DNA of 64,000 nt, taken from NCBI RefSeq assembly GCF_000143415.4, contig NW_003314350.1, forward strand, positions 372,001 to 436,000. The letters run 5' to 3'. The DNA is from Selaginella moellendorffii (Eukaryota > Plantae > Lycopodiophyta). Of the stretch, positions 35,726-48,449 are shown in pieces. Position numbers and translations under genes: made by a program. How positions within the stretch are numbered: position 1 is the first letter of the stretch; every line of letters begins with the position of its first letter. The notes beneath the pieces were generated by a model that was not told where the DNA came from, made no database searches, and saw only the letters and a program-made list of their open reading frames with translations.

Positions 35726-36142
35726 ATGGCGGGAGGCGATGGCTCAGGTCAGTGTGATGGGATCCATGTCCTTTTCCTGGCGGCGCATTCCTAGCTATTG
35801 CAATCCTCGCAGTGGACAGACGCCTCACGGATTTGGAGAAGACGCAATTGCGGCGCAACAAGTTCGCGCTCAAGATCGGCTTTGGCCTCTTTTTCGCTGT
35901 AAATATCGTCTTGATTGGTAAGCATTTTCATTTCTAGGCGGGAGTCCTATGCAAAAGTGGTTTTTCTTTCGAATCTTATATTTTTTGGAGCAGGGCATGC
36001 TTTAGTGACTGATCCAAAGTCTGTTTATTCGCCGGATCATCACACCAATCTCCGGAAACAGAGATTGGCCGCTAGAGAAGCCGAGAAAAATCGTCAAGAC
36101 TCGCAAAAACCTCTCGGAGACTCGCCACAAGCCGCAAGTTAG
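35726..36142 (+). CDS. Three-exon 91-aa single-pass membrane microprotein (exons 35726-35747, 35813-35917, 35994-36142)
   Basis: Canonical GT-AG introns of 65 and 76 nt give an unbroken 276-nt CDS: MAGGDGSVDRRLTDLEKTQLRRNKFALKIGFGLFFAVNIVLIGHALVTDPK...QAAS*. Confidence 0.7.
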
Positions 36143-38960
36143 AATTCCTTGCGAGGTACGTATGACTTCTCCTCTCCAGTTTTACTTTTTCCCTGGTTTT
36201 GTTCTTGATGCCATATTCAGGACTGCGAACTCGACGTGAAAATCACTCTTTACATTTTGTCTCAGAACTTTGGAATACTTTTTTCCTTTTCTCAATGGAG
36301 GGATTGCGGGCTTGCTTGAAACTTCCTCTCTGGATTGGAACTTGTAAGATACACCAGGACCTTTCTCGATCAAAAGTTGCGACATGGGGGCTACCTTCTT
36401 TTTCTAAAAGAAAAATGGATGGACCCAAGCCTGATGATCCAATCCTCCTAACGTTTTTCACATATCCAAGTAACCATTGCGAGCTAGCACTTTTAAGAAT
36501 TGTTCAGAGTTTTCAATTGTGTCACGAAAAAGGATGTACTGGCAGGAGTTTTTTGTTTGAAGTGTTATACAAGGAATTCAACCATTTTTGTCCCAAAACT
36601 TTTGGAGATTTTTTCTTTCTTTAGATCTTCGCCATATCCAAAATAATTTTAAAAGGAAAAGATTATACGCACCAACAGAGGACAAATGTATTGCAACAAT
36701 GAGCTCTACAACATTTTCTTCTTCTCCCTCAAAGAAGCATCATGGCCTTTTCGTGGTAAAGAGCGGCGAAACCATCAAAACGATTCTAAACTTGTTGTGC
36801 AAAATTTGATATCGTCATGAAATGAGGTCACAAAAAACAATTCGTTTTCTAGCCTGATGGTAACACTTTTTTTTTTAAATTTTCTTACGTGCATTCTTTT
36901 GATCGATCGTGCCAGATGCAAAAGTTTAACAAAAACTCTGCAACGAATATTCTTGACCAAACCAGCAAGCATCTTTCAAACGTGGAAACCCTTTGCCTTT
37001 TACGTGAGGAAACCCTAATTTCAAAGGTGTTCACTGCCAAAACGGGAAAGAAAGCTTGGTTTTTTCACACAGAGCTCCAGAACAGTACACATATGTCACC
37101 ATCCTGTCTCTGTGTTTGTTTGTGCTTGTTTGACTGAGCTCTTTTTGACCAAGTCTCTCTAAATTTCTTTCTAGTAATTCTTTTATTTTCAAAAATTGAA
37201 AATAAAAATTTCTGCTTCAGCTGCTCTGCACAATGCAAATGCAGGTCTGCCACAGACCCTGGCTGCAGTCTGAGGAAAAATCACCTCCTCCTCCCATCCA
37301 TCCATCCTCTCACTTTCATACTAATCTCTTGTTAATTTCCATGCCTAGTGGAAAGCAAGTGCCCCTCCCTCCCTCCTTTTTTTTTGTTCCTAGGCCCAGC
37401 ACAGACAAACAGATGGCAGCAAGAAGGATTCAGGAAAAACAGCAGCTTTCCTATCTATGCATTTTTAAAATGTTTTTTTCTTGAGGGGTGTTTTTGTTTT
37501 GATGCGGTCCAGTGCAATGGATCATGGGCTGCTAACACCTCTCCTCAGATGAGTCAATCAAGCATTGGCAGCTGTAACATCAATCCAATCTCATCAGGAA
37601 GGATTGCAACTGGGCGTCAATTTAAAAAAGAAAGGCTGGTTTGCATCCTGTCCCTTGATTCGGCCCACATCCGACGGCGGTTCCAAAGATTCCTGTTTCT
37701 CGAATTCGTGGCCTTGGTTTCAACTTGAACGTCAAAACAAAGCCAGCCAGCCAAGGAGAAAAGGTCCCACGTTTCCAGATTCTCCTGCTGCTCGATGCAT
37801 GGACGGGGCATATTCCCAGTTCCAATAGATGAAATCATTATAACTGGAGAGGCACCTCCCCAATTATGAAGTCAGCTATAGCTTGCTAGAGTCGTCTGGA
37901 AAGCAAAGAGAGAAAAGAGAAGAAGAAACGTACATACAAATCGTTTGATGATTGACATTATGTGTGCGGTTCCTTCTGGAAGCCTGAGGTTTAAGCCTGG
38001 CAATTACTCTATCTTAAGAAAGAGATCAGGAGATCAGGAGCTCACCAGATAAATCATTCCATTTGCAGCTAATTTGGAAAAGGAAATCACCCACCTAAAC
38101 TTAGCGTTCATCCCCAAGTTGTTCTTCCAGATAAGTTTGTCTGTATTGTTTGCTCCTGTTGGCTGACAGAGACCTCATATTTGGAGACCCAAAGAGACCT
38201 GAGAGCTGTTGTAGCAAAAGAAAAAAGAGACCAGCAGGGATTAAAATACAGCAGGCAAGCAAGGCAAGCAAATCACACCTCCAAGAAAAACAAAAATCTT
38301 TGATAACCAGCAAACACACACAGCAACATCACATGGGCTGTTTTTAATCCCTCCTGGCAAGAAACACCAACAAAGAGGTATAGAAGATACATACCTCTCA
38401 TTGGAGAGATCTTGGAGCAGCAGCAGCAGCAGTAAGCATGAGCCCAGTGGTAAGTTTTTCTCCAGCAAGGAAGTAAGACTTCGGTCACTTTGGCCATGTG
38501 TTTGCTGGCTGGCTGGCTGGATCATGTCATGTCATTACACTCTGGCAGCAGAGAAATTCCCTCCCTGTTCACAATCATAGACTCTTTTGATCCATCTCTT
38601 GTTTGTTTACAGCATCTCTTGTTCAAGGACTGAGAAAGAGAGGGACGAGCATTAGATTAGATTAATTAGCGGCATATAAAACGATAAACGAGTGAATAAA
38701 ACAATGGAAGCAGACATACCGAGAAATACCTCTGTATAGTGTGCGCGCGCGCGCATATCGCTATGCGGTGTGTGTGCCACGATGATCCAGCCAACTTGTT
38801 GCTACACCAAAGTCAAATTGCTGTCTGTGCACGACGGCATCATCACGCGGGGACGCGGTAAAAGATGGTGGGCTGCACTGTCTGCTGGCTGTTCAAACCA
38901 AAGGCAAGACTCAAATTGATGAGCACGGAAAAACTTACGGCCGGGCCGAAAGTCGCTCGA

Positions 38961-39014
38961 GCCATCTAGTCGGTCGATGATCTTCCAGCCATCTAGTCGG
39001 TCGATGATCTTCCA
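38961..39014. repeat. Perfect 27-bp tandem duplication (gccatctagtcggtcgatgatcttcca x2)
   Basis: Direct observation. Confidence 0.85.
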
Positions 39015-41146
39015 GAGCAAGAGGTATTTTTGCGTTGGACCAGAGGTGGTAGGCAAGCAACAGTGGTGATCGCCAGGAACGAACGCTCTCCTGGAAAGAA
39101 GAGAAAGAAAAGCAAGAAAAGCAGGGATTCTTAGAGTTTGATTAAGTCTTGAGAGACTAAACTTACGTGCTTGTCGCTCTGGCGATGTCGGCCCATATGT
39201 CGCTATTCATGAACAGGAACAGTGCTGCTGCTGCTGCGGTGCTGAGCTAGTGCTGCGAACTTGAACGATTCCTTCCTTCTCGGCCAATATATCCCACAAA
39301 TCTGGTCCTCTTTTCTTTTCTTCCGCTGGCTGCCTAGCGTTGAGCGCTCGGTCTCATGAACCAAAGGGACCCATCCGGAACACCACCTGCGCGACACGCT
39401 ACCTCAAGCGGAGGACCCGGCGCTGGATTTCTTTGATTTTTCAATCCTGGAGGGCTCTTGAAAGCCAAAGCTTTTGTGGAGCGTCCTGTCTTGCTTTTCT
39501 TCTTTTTCTTCCGCTTTCGATAACTCGTTGTTCTTTCTCCGCTTCCCTCCTGTTGTTATGTAGTATATTTTTCGAGAGAGCTGCAGTCTCTCCATTTTTC
39601 TCCGCTCCAAATTTCTCGTTGATGTGTACGAAGCCCCCTCTTCTTCTATCATTTTCTATTCATGGCTCGGGGCGGTCTCAGTCTCGTCTGAGTTAGTTTC
39701 GCTGCTTGGCTCGTCCGCTCGCGTCGCTCGATCGCTCTTGTTTTCTTTTCCTCTTTCCTTTTCTTTATGGTTTCTTTTTAGTACTCGCAACTTCGTCGCC
39801 CGTTGGTCGGACAGTCCTCTCCTCGTTTTGGCTTTTCTCCAGATTTCAAGTGCTTCTATTTCCGCTCCTCGCCGCATATAATATCACCCTCACATTCTTT
39901 CTGTCCGCCGCTCCATGCAAATTTCCTGAAACCCAACGAAAGCCCATCAGCGGAGTGAGCACTTCCAAAGCAAAGTAGCTATGCTATATAGTTCTCTCTA
40001 GGCAGCAGCCACTCCCACATCCCTCACAAGCGCAGAGCTAGAATTTCAGCGAAGTGTGTCTGTACCTGGAGCGGAAGCAGCACTTGGAGCAGCACTTGGA
40101 GCAAAGCAGCTCAATCTCGCTCTCGTTGGTGCCTTGGAAGTGTTAAAAAATCCGCCTTGTTTGAGCAGTAGCAAGAACCGAGGTAATAGGTGCTATGGAG
40201 TGACCGTCGTCCATGTGCGGCCTCGTGCAACACTGTTGCTGTTGAATCCTACACGTGCACTCCCAGTTGTTCATCTTCCCGTTTGCTTGTGGAGCTATAG
40301 CCTGTGCTCATATCCCCAAATCATCACCTCCCTTTCCTTCTTCTTCTTCTTCTTCCTCTTCCTCTCTCTCTCTCTCTTTCTCCATCTCCATCCTTGCAAA
40401 TATCAATCAAGAGTCCTGGAAAAACAAAGCGCTGAGAGAGAGAGAGAGAGAGAGCGTGAGTATAAAAATGCGTGGCTTTTTTTATGTACCACTCACATCA
40501 AATCACTGAGAGCTGAGCTGCCCGATCCTGCTGCTCCTGCTGCTGCTGGCTGGTTATAGACCTCGGTAGATGCCTCTCCACTTCAAGCTGTAGAAAAGGA
40601 AAGCCGGGTCTTCAAAGCTGTGCTTCTTGTACTTCATATATTCGGCTCTTGGTCGCGTTTTTAAGGAGAGAATCACAACAGGCCGCTGCTGCTGCTGCTA
40701 CTGCCGCCGCTGCTGCTGCTCCTCCTCAAGCGTGTATCTCTAGCTCTTTCGTTGCTACCTCGTCTCCTCCTCTTCCCCCCACTCTCTCGCTGCTCTTTAA
40801 GTTTGAGAGGTAGAGCTACAGTTGAGCCTGATCTGAGTTGAGGCCGAGAGTTTTCTTCGATTTTCTGCTCCAACGTTGCAGCAGGTACTTGGTTTTGTTT
40901 CCGCAGGTCATGGGTCTCTCACGTAGGCCGGAGAATGCAGGGAATTCTCAGCTTTGATGGTCAGTTCAGTCCAGGGATAAATAACAGTCTCATAGCAGGT
41001 GGGTTGGAGATGAAAACGAAGAGGAAAAACTCGCTCTTTTGGCCAGTTCTAGAGCGCGACAGCAGCTCCCGCATTTTCTGGTAGCAAGAGAGCACACTGC
41101 AGCAAAGGCAAAGGGTTAGTACAAGCTAGAAGATAGATAGGAAAGC

Positions 41147-42220
41147 ATGGATCCAAGCAGGCTTGGTCGTTTGCCTCCTCCATTCTCGTTCCAGCCAATG
41201 CAACCCCTCCAGGAGCACGACCACGGGCAGCAAGGTCCCTCCCTGCACAACTCGGAAGAGGATGAGTACAGCAACAGCAGCGGCCAAAACACCATGACTC
41301 CAAGCAACAAAGGGAATGGAAACAACAAAGGCATGAGGAAGGGAATGGGGAACAAAGCCATGGGAGAAGCCGGCGAAGTTGTCCGCAAGCCCCGAGGCCG
41401 ACCACCCGGCTCCAAGAACAAGCCCAAGCCGCCGATAATCATCACCCGTGAAACAGGAACTGGCATGCGTCCACACGTTCTCGAGATCGCCTCTGGTTGC
41501 GACGTCCACGAGTGCATTGCAACCTTCGCACGCCGCAGGCAGCGCTCCCTGTGCGTGCTCGGCGCCAGCGGTACAGTCTCCAACGTGACGCTGCGGCAGC
41601 CGACGGTACCACCCGGCGGTAACTCGGCCTCGGTCTTAACTCTCCACGGACGCTTTGATATCCTCTCCATGTCCGGCACCTTCATGCAGCCCACGGCACC
41701 GCAGCCTCTCATGCCAATGCCGCTGCCGCCAACTTCGTCACCGTCTCTTTTCGGCGGTGGTGGTGGCGGTGGTGGTGGCGGCGGAAGCAATGCTTCTAGT
41801 CCGTCCAGCATGCCAACTTGTCCGAGCTCCGGACTCACCATCTCCATGGCCGGAGCGCAGGGACAAGTCATTGGAGGACTAGTCGTAGGGGCTCTCATGT
41901 CCGTAAGTCCGATACTGGTGATAGCCGCCTCCTTTCTCGGACCTTGTGCAGAGCGCTTGCCTCTGGACGAGCACGAGCAGGATCAGCACGGGATGCTGAA
42001 CGGAAACAATGGAGGTGGACCGGGTCTTCCTCCACACCACTTGGCTTTAGCCGCTGGAGGATCGGGAGGTGGTCCTTCGGGAGGAATGGGTCCTGGCAGC
42101 GTCCCCAATGATCCTTGCGCCATGTCTCTGTATAATCTTCCGCAGGTGTCGCTGGGAAACCAGATAACTCCAGATATCCTGGCTTGGGCTGCTGCAGCTG
42201 GCGGAAGGCCCCCCTTCTGA
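41147..42220 (+). CDS. AT-hook motif nuclear-localized protein (AHL, clade A, intronless)
   Basis: RKPRGRPPGSKNKPKPP AT-hook plus PPC/DUF296 domain (LHGRFDILS, GQVIGG). Confidence 0.96.
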   Translation: MDPSRLGRLPPPFSFQPMQPLQEHDHGQQGPSLHNSEEDEYSNSSGQNTMTPSNKGNGNNKGMRKGMGNKAMGEAGEVVRKPRGRPPGSKNKPKPPIIITRETGTGMRPHVLEIASGCDVHECIATFARRRQRSLCVLGASGTVSNVTLRQPTVPPGGNSASVLTLHGRFDILSMSGTFMQPTAPQPLMPMPLPPTSSPSLFGGGGGGGGGGGSNASSPSSMPTCPSSGLTISMAGAQGQVIGGLVVGALMSVSPILVIAASFLGPCAERLPLDEHEQDQHGMLNGNNGGGPGLPPHHLALAAGGSGGGPSGGMGPGSVPNDPCAMSLYNLPQVSLGNQITPDILAWAAAAGGRPPF

Positions 42221-43846
42221 TCATTCATCGTCTCTTCTTTCGCTTCATAATCTTCTCTAAAATTCGTTCGTGCTGCTGCTGCTGTTGTTGCTGCTGCTGC
42301 TTCCTGCTGCTTTCTCCGAGAGTTTCTTCACTGGGAGCTAAAGATCACTAGCTCTCAAACCAGATTTTTTCGTCTTGTTCCATCTTTTCGGACACCTGCA
42401 CCTGCAACAGCGAACGATTTTGTCAGAGGCTCTGGAATTTTCACGAAACTGGCACGTACCTCCTGATTCGGCGTTCCTCACATTCATGCGGTACGCTGAG
42501 CTTTTTTTAATCTCTTTCACTTCCTCTCTTCAAAGGCCTGCTGCTGGAAATTTGGCTGCTGAAGGAAGCTGTACAAGCTCGATTTGAGTTTCCAGCAGCT
42601 CGTGCAGCGCTCGGATGCTGACTTCACTGCGCGTACGTGTCTACAATTTGATCCCGAAGATTCAAGTCTCTGCAAGCCCGGAGCGAGGCTCACTCTAGCT
42701 AGGCCGTGGACTTGCTCGAGACGACAAATCTCCGCTCCATTGGACAAGAAAGGAGCTGCTCGGAATGCTTGTATAGATTGCTGAGATAATTGCTCCTTCC
42801 TTTTCCCGCGTATCACTCCTCGCTGTAGAAAGCAAAAAAGAAAAAAAACAAAGAGAGCAAAATATCTAGTTAATTGTCATCTATGAAAAGAAAAAACGAA
42901 AAGAAATCAACTTTCCCCGCGCATTACTCCTCCGCCCAGCAGCAAAAGATGAAAACTTTTACGTGAGATTAGATCTTGCATGCAATCTTATAAAGAGAGA
43001 TCCGGAGCAGCATTGCAAAAATGGACTCGAGATTCTCTTTTCGCTCAGAAAATGGCTTGTCCATACCAGCCCGTTCGGCGAAAGAATTCGACCAACATTG
43101 GCCATCGCTGCCGAGACGTGGACAAGACACAGTGATGGCTCTATTTCTCATCCTTGTGTCTTGGCACACACGTTCTCCCTGCCACAAAATGCTTGGCTTG
43201 TCTTGAGCTGGACAGCAAAATCTTCTTCCTTTTCCCAGTCAAGCCCCCATTACTACAAAGTTACTCGGCCTTACGACGATTCGTTTTTGCAACTGCAGAA
43301 CCCCCCCACGCCGTGTTGGATCATTCATTTCCCACTGTCTCTTTCCCTGGACATTTTGATTCTGTGTTCTCCTCCTTAACTCCTGATTGTAACTTCCTTA
43401 TGTGAAAAAGACCCCCTCTGTGCTGCTGCTGTTCTCTGGTGTGTTGGCTTTTCTTCCCATCTTCCCCTGTTTAGGACTCGAGAACGGAGGCTGCCTGCCT
43501 GCCTGCCTGCCTTCACTCATGCCGGCCTGGAATTGCCACTTTGCATGCAGCCTGTGATACTTTGCTAGTAACGCTCCAGAGGATGTTCTAGAAGTGCACT
43601 TAAACCCGCAGAATAGACCGCTTAAACTGGCTTTGCTCCCTGCCTGTAAGGAAACACAATGCCTTTTGGTTAATGGGATTCCACATCAAAAGAACGGAAG
43701 ACAACTTGCCTCTTGCGCAGAGCGGACGGAAAGTAAAAAGGAGAGAACTTACATCGAGTGCCAGGCCTCCCACCAAATATTTGACTACCGAGTTTGGACC
43801 TACATTGACAAAAATGTATCTGCTTAGCTCCCACACACAGATCTAC

Positions 43847-46800
43847 CTATGGACACGATGTGTTGGTGGCTTCCTCTCGCAGGGCATCCTCGGCTTTTAT
43901 TACCCCCTGCAGGAAAGCGTACATCAGTGGTGAATTAATATAATCGACAAAATCTCAGCCCCTCACCTGAAGAATAAGGATGGCTGCCGTCTTATCTAGG
44001 ACTTCATTATATTCGTCACATGAAAAGTACTGAAAATCCAGAGCTTTAGCAGCAAAACAAACAGTGTCGCTACTATTACGCACCTGAACGCAGTTTGGGC
44101 AACCAGTGTTCCCAGTACAGTCACAAGACAGCACTTGTTCCAATGCCGCCTGGAGTAACTCCGCAAAAAGTGGCTGCGCCTGTAATACAAATGCAGGTTA
44201 GAAGGAGGCGCTTGAACTGCTAAAGATTTTTCACCTGAGCAGAAATCCCGATGCCACCCGGACAACGATCGAAGACAAGCAACCTTACCGGATAATAACG
44301 TTTATCTTGGGGGTGAGCACAGTCTGTACCGACGTCTGACGGGTTGCACATGATATATCTGCAAGAGAAAGTTGATTTTCAAGCCTCTGAATCAGGAAAA
44401 CTTACAGCGGAAGGACGTTTAAGAGTGCATGACAGGCTGAGTGAAGGCCAGCTCGCAAATCAAGACATTTGGCCTCAACAGCTTCCTTGACTTCGTTGGG
44501 AACACGAATCCAAGCCGCCTATAATGCAGACTCAAGTCGGAAGTCCTTCCACGCTCAAGTTAAAATTTCACCTGAGAATCGTACGAAACGTTTGGAAGGT
44601 GAAGATCAACTGAATCGAAAGTTTCATTCGAAACTTCCCAGATCTTTCGAAATCCAATCCAGGACGTCGTTATTTGGCACCTGTTCACTTGTGCACTCGT
44701 GAGCCGGTATTTGACATCTGAGGCTCTTTTTGGATAAGTCTGTTCATCTTCGTTCGTTAGCTTTCAGAAGCGATTCGCGAAGCTAAGCTTACCAGTTCAC
44801 TGCCGACAACGTGCACGTCGGTGTAGTCTCGAGTTTTAGTATAGTACTTCACATCTGTTGGACGGCAGAAAGCCAACCTTTCCGTCAGGTTTAACCTGTT
44901 TACCAAAAACTTTTTTCCCTGATTTATATATACTGCACCTTCGTAAATCTGCAAAGATTATCCTCGTAAAGCTTTAGTACGACGATATCGGCTTTGAAAC
45001 CTGAAAGAACGCTCTATTTGCTTCCACTTCTTCAATAACCTTGCTAGTAACCTCATCGACAATAGAATACTTGTCTGGATCGATCGCTCTGATGCTGAAG
45101 GTAGCCGAGGGTAGCTTCTGAAATGACAACACAAATGAGAGTCTCCCATATGTAAAAATACGTACAGCTTCTCCAATGTAAGTCCAGGAATTGACGATTG
45201 AGCAACTCGGATGACGGGCAACGCATCCTTTTCGGACAAGTTCCGATATTGCTCCATCCAAGCTGGTACTGAAATAATCTTCATCGTAGACACTATGCAG
45301 ATGATGTTCAAATGCTGCGCACGTCAGATGCTGTCCCAGGACCTGCACCGAGAAAACATTTTCTGAAAATGTGTCACTGTCATCTTTTATACCTGTGGAT
45401 TGTGAGAATCAATCTGCGCGTTTTCAATGGGCCTCGAAAATAGTCTCAAAGGTTCTTTAAAGAAATGCTGGTCTAAAGGCCCTTCAAATGCCACGTAAAT
45501 TGATAAGGACGTCTTCTCCCTTCGGCCAGCTCGTCCTGCTTGTTGCCACAAGCTGCAAACACGATCAGGCCATACTGACGCTTTTAAACAGTCTCACCTT
45601 GCCACTGTACCAGGAAAGCCAAGATGCAGCGTGGCATCCAGGCTTCCAACGTCAATGCCAAGCTCCAAAGCGCTTGTTGCGGCCACACCACGGAGCTTTC
45701 CTCCAAACAGATCCTTTTCGATGCGTCGCCGTTCCTATCGAAAAGAGCCTTATGAGATATTTGAATAACGTTGTCACGACCTCTGGAGTGTAGCCCGCGC
45801 GATACGCTTGAATAGTGTGGACTAAATCAGGCGCAGTTTCTTTTAAAACACCATGACTGCAAAAATGATGTCAACCATAATACTCAAGAGCAAAGGATAA
45901 TTTACGTGTATGCCAAAACAAGCTCGCAAAGTTTACGAGTCTTGCAAAATGTTATGCACCGTAGTCCATGTTGCACCATTTCGGCAAAGAGATACGCAAC
46001 CTCTAGAATTGGGCTGCAAAAGGGGCAAATGCGTAAACCTTTCAAAATGTCAAGAGCTTGCACCTGAACCGCTTGGCTGGCTTGTCGTCTCCAGGATCCT
46101 TGATCCCCCGGACGGGAGGATTCCAAAGTAAAAACAGCTTTTCACCGCATGGGCTTCCATCCTCAGCAATGGACGTGACCTCTCTCAGGCCTGTAAGCTC
46201 CTAGAACAAAAGAAAAGAGATGAAAAAACGTTTAACTTAACCAACACGATACCATTGTGTGCTCCCTTGGGTTTGCTACTGTGGCGCTGCAGACGATAAA
46301 GGTCGGCACAGTACCGTATACTGCAAAACAATGCCGGTAAACGCCAACAAAAGTATACGCAATAAAAGAAAACGAACAATGAGCACATATGCGCCGTAAC
46401 CGACGTAGGATGAGAGCAACGTGACAACCAAAAGCTCCTCGATACGCATGAGCTTCATCAATCACTAGGTGCCTGGACGATACACGTAGTTAGACAACAG
46501 ACTAAAGCCATCCCGCTTACCGGAGGTTTGAAAGAAATCGTGCAAATTGTTTATGGAACGGCAAAATCGAGCAATGAAGCATGTCCGGATTAGTTATCAG
46601 CTGAAGTCAGGTGCAAAAGATTAAAGCATATATCAGAGAGAAACTTACGATTCTGGCCTTCTCTCGTAAAGTTTGCCTTTCAGCCTGACTCGTATCGCCG
46701 TCATACACTCCCGCCGTTATATCATTTGAGAAAGCTAGCAAAGCCCGTAATTGATCTTGGGCTAAGGCCTGGAAAAGGATAATTCTTGAGCTAGATAAAA

Positions 46801-48380
46801 GAACACCGTGGACTTGCCTTGGTTGGAAACAAATACAAAGCACATGTTTCAGTGCTGCTTAACATAGACTCCAAAACAGGAACGTTGTAACACAAGGACT
46901 TCCCGCTTGCGGTAGAGGTGGAAACTACAATGCTTTTGGACATCAAAGCGGCATCCACTGCCAATGCCTGCAAAAAGGACGAATAAGAAGAAACGGACAT
47001 TGTTTAGAAACTTCTTTTGGTTTGTCCACCTGGTGTGTATAAAGTCTAGCAACACCAATGTTCTTCAAAGCAGTTTTTGTAGCATTTGAGAGCTCACCTT
47101 GGAGCATACCAAATTCAGCATGTCGGCATTTCAATCTTTCGCAATGAATTATCTGTAACACTTTCCGCGTAAGATATATTGAAGTGAAAAACAAACTGAC
47201 CTGGCCAGATGTTCCTAGCACTTCCTTCAAATGCTCTACCATTTCAGAAGCTGATAGTGTCTTGACATCCTGCTGAATCAAATCAGATAGAAAACAGAAA
47301 ATGCTCTCGAACAGACCTTGCAATGTTCTTGTCGTCGATTACTTGAAGAACCTGAATTTGCACGCCATGGGACTGTGCGTGCATATAGAAGCGGACCTGT
47401 TCTTAAAACTCCACCGGGAACACGAAGCTCCTTTGCATATGAACGCATTTGCTCCAATGTAACATCAGACTCGACGCCAGTCTTTGCCTGCATTGCAAGT
47501 AAATTCACATCGTCAGGAGACGACACCCATACCCGTATGTTTGAAATTATATCGTTCACAGCGTAATCGAAGGCTGCTTTTCTTCTCTGAGTCAGCTGCG
47601 TCAAAGCACTGTCCGACATATTTCGTTTACCATGACAGGACTTTGGAAAAATTTCCATGGTAATAGAGACGTCCTGAGATTCGTCTCCTGTCATACATTT
47701 CACCACTATCACCTGCACGAATGAAGACAAAGAATGAGTGAAGTAACGATTTGCCGATCACCTCACCTTAGGACAAATAAAAGCAAGATCTTTGATGTCC
47801 GCAAGAGTCACAACTTCGTCAATGTTTGTGCATGAATGCTGCAAAGCACTCTTGACAGATGCCCACGTAAGTTCGATCCGGTTCTTCTCCAGAAATCCAC
47901 ACACAGAATTTAGAGCGTTGAAAACTCTCTCCATCCTTTGGAGTGATGGAGGATACTCGGAAGAACTCTCTCCTGGATTCGTATACTGTTTCCTTCGTTT
48001 GCTCGAGTCGGGAGGAACCGCAACACTGGCGCTGGAACTTACATTCTCCGCTGGAGCATCGGACGAAATTTTCGTTCGGGCGTGAGGCACACAGGCGATG
48101 AAATCTTCGTCTTGCAGCAACAGCGATGAGATCGGCGTGCTAGGGCTGAGATTCACTCCCTGCAAGCGCAATCCCTCGAAATTCATTCACACCCTGGAAA
48201 TTTCTCGCTTACCTTGTGGATCAAATGGAATCGCTGCGCTGCGGCTCCATCGTCTAGCATTGGCCACTTCCTCGCGACGAGAAGATCCCTGAGCTCCTGG
48301 ATCTTCTTCGCAGCAGCTAGAGCGACGAGAATGCTTTGCCCGTCGAGCGTTTTGACGCGTACCAGTGCATCGTCGTCCAT
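43847..48380 (-). CDS. HRQ1: Hrq1/RecQ4-like DEAH helicase with N-terminal ubiquitin-like region and DUF1998, many exons
   Basis: [48 protein letters not shown] and C-terminal [10 protein letters not shown] motifs. Confidence 0.92.
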
Positions 48381-48449
48381 GGCTAGGGCTTTCGTTAGAA
48401 CCCTAGTATTTTCCCGCGCAGAACTTTATCTTAGGGTTTTTAGCCAGGG
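48381..48449. promoter_or_regulatory. 69-bp divergent intergenic region with telo-boxes and an E2F site
   Basis: AACCCTAG at 48399-48406, TTTCCCGC at 48410-48417, TAGGGTTT at 48432-48439. Confidence 0.6.
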
